Part shown: piece after piece, positions 38,990-48,778 of the stretch
Position numbering within the stretch: position 1 is the stretch's first letter
Layout: each line of letters begins with the position of its first letter
Source of the DNA: Promethearchaeota archaeon
GTDB lineage: Archaea > Asgardarchaeota > Lokiarchaeia > Sigyniarchaeales > SOKP01
DNA: 64,000 bases
Assembly (NCBI GenBank): GCA_048941285.1
Contig: JBHLNS010000011.1
Location: 1-64,000, forward strand
Direction: 5' to 3'
The notes under the pieces: model-generated
Databases searched by the model: none
What the model was told of the DNA's origin: nothing
What the model saw: the letters and a program-made list of their open reading frames with translations, nothing else
Position numbers and translations under genes: made by a program

Positions 38990-40141
38990 TTATAATCTTA
39001 ACCTTGGAGGAGGTACAAAAACGGTTCTTGGTACTTCTAATAACTTTATGGCATTTTCTGGACAGAAATATGCACATACTCCACATCCTATGCATAATTC
39101 CTTATCAACTTCAGCTTTATTATTATTATCCCCTTGAACTGCGTCTACTGGACATTTCTCAAGACATGTACCACACCCAATACACTTATTTTTATCAATT
39201 TGAGCTAAAAAATTAGTCGAGTTTATCATAGCTATTGTCCCAGTTCGCCACAAATTAAAAGTCCCACAACAACATTTACAACAATTACAAATACTTGTTT
39301 CTGGTCGTGAAATGTCAGAATGAGGGTGCCAAGCTTTATGAACTAGCCCATCCTTCTTCGAAGCCCTAAATATTGAAAGAGCTTCATCTTTTGAAATTAT
39401 TCTCCCAAAACCTTGTTCAGCAACGAATCTAGCAGATTTTCCAAAAGTAAAGCAATTTTCTCTAAGATTGGTTTGTTTGCAAGGTTTTGTTAATAAATCT
39501 TGATGATGTCTACAAAAACAATGTCCTACAGCAATATCATCAAACCTATTAATAATTTCTTCAACTTTTTGTGATATTATTATTTTTTCTTCTGGAACTT
39601 CTAATTCTTCATTAACAATAATATTAATTTCCTCACCATCAATATTATTATCCAAGAAGGGGATTGTTCGATCCATTGGAGGCATTTTCTGAAATATTGG
39701 TAGAATTGTATTATAATTATTCTGGACGAAATCTCCCAATTCATTAAATAATTTTTTGAATAATTGCGATATTTCCTCATTTTCTTCATTGAATTCAATT
39801 TTTTTCATAAAAGTATACTCAAATGCCCCCACCATAAGTAAAGGCAATAATCTGTAAACCATTACACCTTTAGAGTTAGGTTGATTAAATATAAATGCTT
39901 TTTTGGCTAAAACCTTAACATGGGTTTTTATCTCAGTTTCAGACATCTTACTACTCTTTTTGAGCTGTTCCATAGTTTGAGATGGCTTGTTTTTAAAAGC
40001 TAAGATAAAATCTAATTGATCTTCATCAATTAACAGTTTTAATAGTTGGATCATAGTATAATTTATAGGAAGTGGAAGAAATCCTGCTTTGATTATTGCT
40101 CTTGCTGCCTTTTGATATTTTAAATCTGACATTTTTATCAA
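38990..40141 (-). CDS. 4Fe-4S dicluster protein with an N-terminal wHTH-like region
   Basis: CFCR, ICNCCKCCC and two CxxCxxCxxxCP motifs; start may be ATG 40132. Confidence 0.85.
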   Translation of the reverse strand: MIKMSDLKYQKAARAIIKAGFLPLPINYTMIQLLKLLIDEDQLDFILAFKNKPSQTMEQLKKSSKMSETEIKTHVKVLAKKAFIFNQPNSKGVMVYRLLPLLMVGAFEYTFMKKIEFNEENEEISQLFKKLFNELGDFVQNNYNTILPIFQKMPPMDRTIPFLDNNIDGEEINIIVNEELEVPEEKIIISQKVEEIINRFDDIAVGHCFCRHHQDLLTKPCKQTNLRENCFTFGKSARFVAEQGFGRIISKDEALSIFRASKKDGLVHKAWHPHSDISRPETSICNCCKCCCGTFNLWRTGTIAMINSTNFLAQIDKNKCIGCGTCLEKCPVDAVQGDNNNKAEVDKELCIGCGVCAYFCPENAIKLLEVPRTVFVPPPRLRL

Positions 40142-40409
40142 AGATAATTTTAAGTTTTATAATCTTAATAGTTTTTTTCCCTTAAAAAATAAAACCACAA
40201 ATATTACAGTAATGTAGAAGACTAGTAGATAGATTATATCTCCAATGTTTTATAAAATGATGGAAATAGCCACATTAAGTTATTTTATAGAAATATTAAT
40301 TAGCATTTTAATTTGAATATTCGAACATAACATACAATTATGTTAAGGAAATCTTTTTATAGATAATAGTTTCCATTATGAAATAATTAAATTATAGGTA
40401 AAAATTGCA

Positions 40410-40559
40410 ATGGAAGAATTTAAGAAAAAGCCAGATTATTCTAATCAGGAAGAAATTAATAAAGCTATAGGACACGTCCTCTGGGGTGATAAAGCTAAGC
40501 CCTATTCAATGCGGCGCTTAATTTTTGGATTTATAAAAAAAAAATTGGGAGGGAAGTAA
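40410..40559 (+). CDS. 49-aa small protein leading the corrinoid operon
   Basis: Not in the track. MEEFKKKPDYSNQEEINKAIGHVLWGDKAKPYSMRRLIFGFIKKKLGGK*, ending 4 nt before the next ATG. Confidence 0.6.
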   Translation: MEEFKKKPDYSNQEEINKAIGHVLWGDKAKPYSMRRLIFGFIKKKLGGK

Positions 40560-40563
40560 GATT

Positions 40564-41208
40564 ATGGGAAGTAAGGAGGATCTAATGGAAGCCATAATAG
40601 ATTTAGATGAAGATAAAGCTTATGGATTAGTTCAAAAATTAATAGAAGATGGTGTCACACCAAGTGATATTATTGAAATTCTTAGGGAGGGAGTAGAGGT
40701 AGTTGGAGATAAATTTAATAGTAAAGAATATTTTTTAACTGAACTAGTTATGGCAGGAGAAATATTTTCTCAGTCAGCTGAGATTCTTGAGCCATATATG
40801 AAAGAAAACACTGAAACTAAAGGTAATTTAGAAACAATAGTAGTAGGTACAGTAAAAGGGGATGTTCATGACATAGGAAAAAATATTTTTATTACTCTTT
40901 TAAAATCAGCTGGCTATAATGTTATTGATTTAGGTGTCGATATACCTCCTAATAAATTCGTCGAAAAGGTAAAAGAAACTGGAGCTAAGGTAGTTGCTTA
41001 TTCAGGACTATTGACTGTAGCATTAGAATCCATGAATGCAACAACTAAAGCATTAGAAGTTGCAGGTCTTAGACAAAATTTGAAAATTATAATTGGAGGT
41101 CTTCCTGTTGATGAACTTTGGATGAAAGAAGCAGGAGCAGATGCTTTTACTGATAATGCTTTTGAAGGTGTGAAGATTGTCAATAATTGGTTAAGAGGTG
41201 GAGCATAA
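40564..41208 (+). CDS. Methyltransferase-cognate corrinoid (B12-binding) protein
   Basis: B12 cap domain, GDVHDIGKN, SGLLT, IIGG. Confidence 0.93.
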   Translation: MGSKEDLMEAIIDLDEDKAYGLVQKLIEDGVTPSDIIEILREGVEVVGDKFNSKEYFLTELVMAGEIFSQSAEILEPYMKENTETKGNLETIVVGTVKGDVHDIGKNIFITLLKSAGYNVIDLGVDIPPNKFVEKVKETGAKVVAYSGLLTVALESMNATTKALEVAGLRQNLKIIIGGLPVDELWMKEAGADAFTDNAFEGVKIVNNWLRGGA

Positions 41209-41209
41209 A

Positions 41210-42364
41210 ATGAAACCAATAAAGGAGGAGGCTATGACAAGTGTGGATAGAATGCTTACTGCTATGGACTTAAAAGAGCCAGATAGAGTTCCAGTATGGC
41301 CTTTAATTGATTTTGTGCAAACTAAGTATCTTGATCATATAACAGCTGAGGATATGCTTAATAATCCTGATAAAGCTCAAGAAGCGATGGAATGGATTTA
41401 CCATAAAATGGGAGGATTTGATATTGCTATGGCAGGAGGGGGAATGTACATGCAATATGTAAATCCCTTTCCTGATATGTTTTCTGTGTACTATTTAGAT
41501 TGGCAAATGCCTGGTCGTCAATTGGATTCGAATGTACCCCCTCAATTAGCTGAAAGAGCTTTATCCAATCCATTTCTTAGAGCTGAAGATTATGATAGGA
41601 TTCTTAAAGAGGGATTTTTTTGGCTCGCTAACTTCAATACTTATAAAATGAGTGATATGATGAAACTTGCGAAAATAGCTCCTAAGGTGGTCGAGTATAC
41701 AATTAAATGGTGGGAACATTTTCAAGTTCCAACATTTAATGATGGAGCAGGGAGTACTGTTTTTGACTTATTATCGACATTTCGGGGATCAACCAATTTT
41801 ATGAAAGATATTTATCGGCATAAAGATAAGATTATTGAAATATGTGATAAGTACACAGATGATTTTATAAAGATGGGTGAATATGGGATTACTCAAAGTC
41901 AAGGAAAAACATTATTAGTCGGAGCAGTTCGAGCAAGTGCTGATTTTATATCAATAAAACATTTTGAAGAATTATTTTGGCCCTATTTTAAAAAAACTGT
42001 CAGTACTTATATAAAAAAAGGATATATTATTCAATTGCATATGGATACTAATTGGACGGATCGTTTACATTATTTGCTTGAGTTACCTAAAGGAAAGCTT
42101 TACCTTCATATGGATGAAAGAACAGATATATTCAAAGCTAAAGAAATACTCGGAGGCCATCTTTGCATCGAAGGAAATCTTAAACCATCGTTGTTTACCA
42201 TTGGAACGCCAAATATGGTTGAAAAACAAGTAAAGAAAATCATCGATGAATGTGCAGATGGTGGTGGTCTTATTGTCGGCTCTGAAATTCCGGATGATGC
42301 AAAATTAGAAAATCTTAAAGCCATGTGTGATACATGTAAGTCCTATGGAATGTATAGAAAATAA
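41210..42364 (+). CDS. Uroporphyrinogen decarboxylase / MtaA-like methyltransferase family protein
   Basis: EPDRVPV, FEELFWP, DIFKAKEILG..CIEGN; follows the corrinoid gene; ATG 41210. Confidence 0.85.
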   Translation: MKPIKEEAMTSVDRMLTAMDLKEPDRVPVWPLIDFVQTKYLDHITAEDMLNNPDKAQEAMEWIYHKMGGFDIAMAGGGMYMQYVNPFPDMFSVYYLDWQMPGRQLDSNVPPQLAERALSNPFLRAEDYDRILKEGFFWLANFNTYKMSDMMKLAKIAPKVVEYTIKWWEHFQVPTFNDGAGSTVFDLLSTFRGSTNFMKDIYRHKDKIIEICDKYTDDFIKMGEYGITQSQGKTLLVGAVRASADFISIKHFEELFWPYFKKTVSTYIKKGYIIQLHMDTNWTDRLHYLLELPKGKLYLHMDERTDIFKAKEILGGHLCIEGNLKPSLFTIGTPNMVEKQVKKIIDECADGGGLIVGSEIPDDAKLENLKAMCDTCKSYGMYRK

Positions 42365-42480
42365 CTCTTTTTTTTTAATTTAATTATACATTAATAAGTA
42401 TGTTAAAATTGAGTTCCATACAATTTTAAAAGTAAATAACAATTAATTCTATTTTATACTATAATTATTGAGGGATTTCC

Positions 42481-43800
42481 ATGGTAAATGTATTAATAAT
42501 TGGACATGGTGCAAGAGAGCACGTAATTGGTGAAACTCTTGTTAAAGGAGGAGCACAGTTATTCGCATTTATGAGTTTTAAAAACGCTGGTTTAGAAGAT
42601 TTGAGTAGAGAAATTAAAATTCACTCAGAATCAGATTTCGAAGAAATAATTAATTTTGCCCAAGATAAAAAAATTGATTTTGCTGTGATTGGCCCTGAAG
42701 CTCCTTTAATTGTTGGAATTGTTGATGCTTTGGAAAAGGGGGCAATCCCATGTGTTGGACCCAAAATTGAAGCCGCACAATTAGAGGGTTCAAAGGTATT
42801 TGCCAGATATCTATTAGAAAAATATAAGATTAAATCAAACGTCAAAAGTAAATTTTTTGATTCTATTGATGGACTTGAGAGTTATATTAAAGAAATCGGT
42901 GAAGAAAACATTGTTGTAAAACCCGAAGGATTAACGGGAGGCAAAGGGGTTAAAGTTTATGGAGATCATTTATTCTCAAAAAAAGATATCTTAGATTATT
43001 GTCAAGAATTAATACAAAATAAAAGTCGATTTCTAATTGAAGAAAAATGTGTAGGCGAAGAATTTACTTTACAGACTTTTGTTGATGGGAAATCAGTAAT
43101 AGGAACACCCATAGTTCAAGACCATAAAAGAGCATACGAAGATGATAAAGGGCCTAATACTGGAGGAATGGGATCTTACTCCATGGAAAATCATCTTATG
43201 CCGTTTATTACTCACAGTGATGTTGATAATGCACTTGAAGATATGAAAAAAACAGTAGCTGCTGTGAAAGCAGAAACTGGGGAAAAATATAAGGGATTTC
43301 TTTATGGTCAATTCATGAAAACTGCAAATGGATTAAAACTAATTGAATATAACTCTCGATTTGGCGACCCTGAAGCAATGAACGTTTTACCACTTCTTGA
43401 AGGTAATCTTGTAGATATTTGTTGGATGATCATAAATGGGAATTTATCTCTCAATTTTAAATTTGAAAAAAAAGCTACAGTGTGCAAATACTTAGCTCCA
43501 GAGGGATATCCTGTTAATCCCAAAAGAGATGAACAAGTTAAAATAAATAAAGAAGAGCTTGATAAATCTGGAGCTAAGTATTATTATGCATCAGTTTATC
43601 GGGAGGGAGGAAAAATATTCACAACTACTTCAAGAGCAATGGGCATCTTAGGCATTGCTAATTCTTTAGAACAAGCTGAAAAGATCGCAGAAGCAGGTGT
43701 CAATTGTATTGAGGGAAAACTATTTCATAGGAAAGATGTAGGTACTCAGAAGTTATTACAAAAAAGAATTGATCATATGAATTCTTTATTAAATAAATAA
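42481..43800 (+). CDS. purD: Phosphoribosylamine--glycine ligase
   Basis: GAREH, GPEAPL, LEGSK, QDHKR, GPNTGGMG, EYNSRFGDPE. Confidence 0.97.
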   Translation: MVNVLIIGHGAREHVIGETLVKGGAQLFAFMSFKNAGLEDLSREIKIHSESDFEEIINFAQDKKIDFAVIGPEAPLIVGIVDALEKGAIPCVGPKIEAAQLEGSKVFARYLLEKYKIKSNVKSKFFDSIDGLESYIKEIGEENIVVKPEGLTGGKGVKVYGDHLFSKKDILDYCQELIQNKSRFLIEEKCVGEEFTLQTFVDGKSVIGTPIVQDHKRAYEDDKGPNTGGMGSYSMENHLMPFITHSDVDNALEDMKKTVAAVKAETGEKYKGFLYGQFMKTANGLKLIEYNSRFGDPEAMNVLPLLEGNLVDICWMIINGNLSLNFKFEKKATVCKYLAPEGYPVNPKRDEQVKINKEELDKSGAKYYYASVYREGGKIFTTTSRAMGILGIANSLEQAEKIAEAGVNCIEGKLFHRKDVGTQKLLQKRIDHMNSLLNK

Positions 43801-43899
43801 AGAGAACATATTTTATTTATGATCGCTTGTTATTTTTATAGACTTATATTATATAATCAATAAATTCTAATATTGTTTTCATAAAATTTTACTTAAATT

Positions 43900-44376
43900 A
43901 TGACTTGGCATGAAAAAAACGCTGAATTTAACGCTTTGATAAAACAACTCTTCCATGATACTGATTGGCAAAAAAGAGCTGACGCTGCTAGACAACTTGG
44001 ATTACTAAAAGATGGTAGAGCAACTAATTTAATGTGTAGAGCTCTTAGAACAGAAAAAGATCACATTGTTTTGAATAAAATAATTGAGGCTTTAGGAAGA
44101 ATAGGTGATGGTAGAGCAACTTTAAGAATTATAGAGAAACTTGAAGAAGAGCAAGAAAAAGATGAAATTGATAAATTTAGAGTGATTTATATAATAGAAA
44201 GTCTAATGAATCTTAAAGATAAAAGAGCCTTGTCATATTTAGGCCCATTATTAGATTCTTCTGATAATGATATAAAAAATTTAACTTTAAAAGCTTTTGA
44301 TGTTATAGAACCAAATTGGAAAGAGATAATAGAGAAAGAAAGAACAAAGTCACTCCAGGAAATCTTTAGAATATAA
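43900..44376 (+). CDS. HEAT/PBS-lyase repeat protein
   Basis: RADAARQLG, IEALGRIGD, DKRALSYL. Confidence 0.85.
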   Translation: MTWHEKNAEFNALIKQLFHDTDWQKRADAARQLGLLKDGRATNLMCRALRTEKDHIVLNKIIEALGRIGDGRATLRIIEKLEEEQEKDEIDKFRVIYIIESLMNLKDKRALSYLGPLLDSSDNDIKNLTLKAFDVIEPNWKEIIEKERTKSLQEIFRI

Positions 44377-44687
44377 AATAAATCTTCAAATACTTTTAGA
44401 GTAGTGATTTTCCTCTATTTTTAAATAATAATGCATTATGAAGTAAATAATGTAATAATAAAACCTATCTAACAGCAAAATAAGAATTGTTCAATAAATG
44501 AAGGGAATAATTATTACGTAGAAAAATATAATGTATATTCGTTATAGTAATTGTCTCGCGCAAATTCTAAATTGATAAAAATTATATTTTTATTCGTCCA
44601 ATCTTTATATAAGAGAAAGAAAACAGTAGTTCTCTCTATTATTATATAATTTTAATCCTAAAGTTTTTGATGAGGTAATAATCAAAA

Positions 44688-47600
44688 ATGACAAGTATGT
44701 ATGAAAACTATGATAAATTAGGTCACATTTTTTCTGAACATATTGATGATCCTATTTTTATCCTTAACGAAAGGTTTCAATGTGAATATTCTAATTCTCA
44801 ATATTTCCCTATGGAACGAAAAATTGATGAGTTTATACATCCAGAGGATCTAAAGCGAATAAATAGATTATTAAGAAATATCTTAAAAGTAGGGTATGGA
44901 ACAGAAGAAGCTCAAATTAAGTATAAGGGAAATCAATCAAAATGGTTCGAGTTTAAAGGAAAAAGTTATATAGATGATATTGATAGTCAAAAGAAAATTC
45001 TACTTATCTGTAGGGACATCTCGAAATTTAAAAAACTCGAATTTGAAATAAAAGAAAGCCAAGCTCGTTTTGGCGAGTTAGCAGATTATGTGCCAGAGAT
45101 CCAATTTTGGAAACTTCTTCAAACAAGAGAGGGAAAAAGTGTTATGCAGAAAACTAGAGAAATGTTAGAACTTGTATTAGATAATATTCCTCAACTTATT
45201 TATTGGAAAGATACAAATTTGGTCTATATGGGATGTAATAAAAGTTTTGCACTTTTAAATCAAATTCAGCAACCCACAAGTATAATTGGAAGCAAAGACG
45301 AGGATTTAAGTTGGCTTAAAACTAATGTGAAATCTATTCAAGAAAAAGAGAAGGAAGTTATGAGTAATAATAAAGCAGAATATAATGCTATAGAATCATT
45401 AACTACAATTAATGGCAAACAAACTTGGTTTGAGATTAGTAGAATCCCATTGCATGATACTAAAGGTAAAGTTGTTGGTATTTTAGTTACTTACGAAGAT
45501 ATTACAATACGTATGTTATCTGAACAAAATTTGAAAGAATCTGAAGAAAAATATCGTGGAATCCTTGAAAACATCAATGAAAGTTATTTTGAAGTTGATT
45601 TAAATGGAAATTTTACTTTTTTTAATGATGCACTCTGTGAATTACAGGGTTATTCTAGAGAAGAATTACTAGGTGCAAATTATGAGAATTTTGTTGACGA
45701 AATCAATAAAAAGAAAATCATCGGAGTCTACAATCAAGTTTTCGAAACAGGAATACCAAAAACTCATTTCCAATACCAAGTCAAGAGGAAAAATGGAGAA
45801 GAAATAACTTGTGAATCTTCAGTTTATCTAAGATATGATTCAGACGGAACTCGAATAGGATTTAGGGGATTAGCAAGAAACATAACTGAAAAATTTGCTC
45901 TTGAACAAAAGATTAAGGAGTCTGAAGAGAAGTATCGTACCATATTCAATTCGAGTCCTGATTATGTATTTATTACTGATATAAAGGGAGATATTTTAGA
46001 TATGAATTTTGCCCTATTAGAACGATTAGGAATGACATTGGAGGAGGTTCGTAATAAAAATTTTTCAGAATTTTATGCTGGTGATAAACTTGACGAATTA
46101 AGAATGATAGGAGACTCATTAATTGCTGGAAAGGAAATTAAGGGAGTTGAAATTAAGGCTAAAACAAAATCTGAGGAAATATTTGAATACGAAGTTAATG
46201 CGGTTCCTCTAAAAGAACACGGAAAGGTTATTAAAATTTTAAATTTAGCACGAGACATAACTTTACGAAAACAAACTGAGCAAAAGTTAAAGGATTCTGA
46301 AAAAAGGTATCGCCATTTATTTGAGAGCTCTCCATATGCTATCTGGCTGATGGATGAGGAGGGAACCATCGTTGATTGTAATTCAACAATGACAAATTTG
46401 CTTTCAGTGTTAGAAATAAAAGATCTTATTGGAAAAAAATTTTCTGAAGTTTTATCTCTTCTAAAAAGATCTAAATATCTTATATATATGTTAAAAGATC
46501 GATTTAAAAGATTCCTTAATGGTGAAAGATTTGGACCTTTAGAATTCCAAATTACTCGAATGGATGAATCGAAGATATGGCTATCGATTACAAGTTCATT
46601 GGTGAAAATTGGAAATAGAACTCTTACTCAGGCGATCATAAGAGATATTACTGATAAGAAGAATGCTGAGCAAAAATTAAAAGATTCAGAAATTAAGTAT
46701 CGTCATTTATTTGAGAGCACACCATATTCAATTATAATCATTGATAGGAAGGGGAAAATCATTGATTGCAATCCCGCTACTGAAAAATTATTCAATAGAA
46801 AAATAGAAAGTTTAATAAACAAAAACTTTTTAGACATTGGCATAAAACCTGAGAAAGCTGTACCTTTATTTAAACAGAGATATCAAGATATCTTAGAAGG
46901 AATAGTCCCAGAACCACTTGAAATCCAAATTACTAAATCTCAAAATGGACGATTAATGTGGATTAATATTGACGATTCACTCGTTGAAGTAGGAGGTGAA
47001 AATGTTTTTCAGGTTATCATACAGGATGTAACAGAAAAGAAAATCGCCGAACAGAAACTGAAGAAATCTCAAGAAGAATTAAAAACTTTAAATAGAGAAT
47101 TAGAACAGAAAGTATTAGAAAGGACTAAAGATTTAATAGAGTCTGAACAACAATACAGAACGACAATAAATTCATTAAATGATCCACTTCACGTTGTAGA
47201 TAGAGAATTGAGAATTATTTTATCAAATTCTGCATTTGATTATTGGCTTACCAATTTGGAAATTGATAAAGGTATTGTAGGGAAAACTGTGTTTGAAGCG
47301 TTTCCATTCTTACCTAAGGTCGTTTATGATGAATATCAAGAGGTGTTCAATAGTGGAACGATGCTCCTAACTGTAGGGAGTTTATTTTTAAATAACAAGG
47401 AAGTCTTTACTGAAACTAGAAAAATACCCATTTTTAAAGAAAATAAAGTTCACCAAGTAATAACAATTATTAGAGATATTACTGAAAGTAAGAAGATGGA
47501 AAATCAACTGATAAACTCTGAAAAAAATTTCCGAAATATGATAACTAATTTAGATGAAGGATATTATAAAGTTGAGTGGGAAGGTAATATATTGTATCAT

Positions 47601-48635
47601 AATCCAGCATTTAGTAAAATTGGAGGATATAATTCATCTATAAATTTAATAGGCAGGCCACCTCCTTTTTCTTGGAAAAAACCAGAAGATCAAGAGAAGT
47701 ACCGAGGAGAGTTAATTAAAAATGGAATTATTCGGAATTATATTGTTCCTGTATTAAAGGAGGATGGAGATGAAATCGTACTTCAAGTAAATGCTCATCT
47801 AATAAAAGATGAAAATAGTAATCCAATTGCAATTGAAGGAACTTTTTCTGATATTACTGAGAAATTCAGATTAGAGCAAGAATTACTCGAGTCTGAAAAA
47901 AAATTGAGGCAACAGAATATTGAATTGAAAAAACTTGATAAAGTTAAAAATGATTTCATTACAATGGCCGCTCATGAATTAAAAACCCCATTAATATCAA
48001 TTTCTGGATATACTGATTATATCTTGATGAAACATAGAACTCATTTAAATCCAGAAATTACTACTGATTTATTAACTGTTCAGAGGAATGTAAATCGACT
48101 TGAGGTCTTAATGGATCAACTATTAGATGTATTAAAAATTGATGAAAATGAATTAAAATTACAGAAAGATCAGATAAATGTTAGTAAAATAATAAATGAT
48201 TGTCTCGATGAATTAAGTTATTTGATCAATGAGAAAAATCTTGAGATAATATTGAATATAGCACCTGATATTACTCTAAACGCAGATCCTAATCGTATTT
48301 TTACAGTGATTACTAATCTACTTTCAAATGCTATTAAATTTACTCCTGATTATGGTTGGATTGAAGTAAACGCTAAGAAAGAGGCTAATCAATATGTTTT
48401 TGAGATAAAAGATAACGGGATTGGATTAGTAGGAGATGAATTCGAAAGGCTGTTTAAAAAATTTGAAAGAATTAAACCGCCCATTATGAATGAACATATC
48501 AATATCAAAGACTCTGGGACGGGCTTAGGCCTTTACATTACCAAAGGGATTATCAACGCCCATGGAGGCAAAATCTGGGCAAATTCAGAAGGAGAAAATA
48601 AAGGATCTACTTTTTCTTTTACATTACCATTATAA
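44688..48635 (+). CDS. Soluble multi-PAS sensor histidine kinase
   Basis: About 8 PAS/PAC units (RDIT/ESE linkers), H-box AHELKTPL, NLLSNAIKF, DNGIG, GTGLGL. Confidence 0.95.
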   Translation: MTSMYENYDKLGHIFSEHIDDPIFILNERFQCEYSNSQYFPMERKIDEFIHPEDLKRINRLLRNILKVGYGTEEAQIKYKGNQSKWFEFKGKSYIDDIDSQKKILLICRDISKFKKLEFEIKESQARFGELADYVPEIQFWKLLQTREGKSVMQKTREMLELVLDNIPQLIYWKDTNLVYMGCNKSFALLNQIQQPTSIIGSKDEDLSWLKTNVKSIQEKEKEVMSNNKAEYNAIESLTTINGKQTWFEISRIPLHDTKGKVVGILVTYEDITIRMLSEQNLKESEEKYRGILENINESYFEVDLNGNFTFFNDALCELQGYSREELLGANYENFVDEINKKKIIGVYNQVFETGIPKTHFQYQVKRKNGEEITCESSVYLRYDSDGTRIGFRGLARNITEKFALEQKIKESEEKYRTIFNSSPDYVFITDIKGDILDMNFALLERLGMTLEEVRNKNFSEFYAGDKLDELRMIGDSLIAGKEIKGVEIKAKTKSEEIFEYEVNAVPLKEHGKVIKILNLARDITLRKQTEQKLKDSEKRYRHLFESSPYAIWLMDEEGTIVDCNSTMTNLLSVLEIKDLIGKKFSEVLSLLKRSKYLIYMLKDRFKRFLNGERFGPLEFQITRMDESKIWLSITSSLVKIGNRTLTQAIIRDITDKKNAEQKLKDSEIKYRHLFESTPYSIIIIDRKGKIIDCNPATEKLFNRKIESLINKNFLDIGIKPEKAVPLFKQRYQDILEGIVPEPLEIQITKSQNGRLMWINIDDSLVEVGGENVFQVIIQDVTEKKIAEQKLKKSQEELKTLNRELEQKVLERTKDLIESEQQYRTTINSLNDPLHVVDRELRIILSNSAFDYWLTNLEIDKGIVGKTVFEAFPFLPKVVYDEYQEVFNSGTMLLTVGSLFLNNKEVFTETRKIPIFKENKVHQVITIIRDITESKKMENQLINSEKNFRNMITNLDEGYYKVEWEGNILYHNPAFSKIGGYNSSINLIGRPPPFSWKKPEDQEKYRGELIKNGIIRNYIVPVLKEDGDEIVLQVNAHLIKDENSNPIAIEGTFSDITEKFRLEQELLESEKKLRQQNIELKKLDKVKNDFITMAAHELKTPLISISGYTDYILMKHRTHLNPEITTDLLTVQRNVNRLEVLMDQLLDVLKIDENELKLQKDQINVSKIINDCLDELSYLINEKNLEIILNIAPDITLNADPNRIFTVITNLLSNAIKFTPDYGWIEVNAKKEANQYVFEIKDNGIGLVGDEFERLFKKFERIKPPIMNEHINIKDSGTGLGLYITKGIINAHGGKIWANSEGENKGSTFSFTLPL

Positions 48636-48778
48636 CTTACATAACTATATTACATCAATTAAAATTCTATTATAATTAATTTTTCTTTAAAATTAACAGA
48701 AATTTATTTATCTGTTAAATATAATTATCATTCTTTCAGTACTTAAATTAAAATATAGTTATTTGTTAGAAAACTTTG

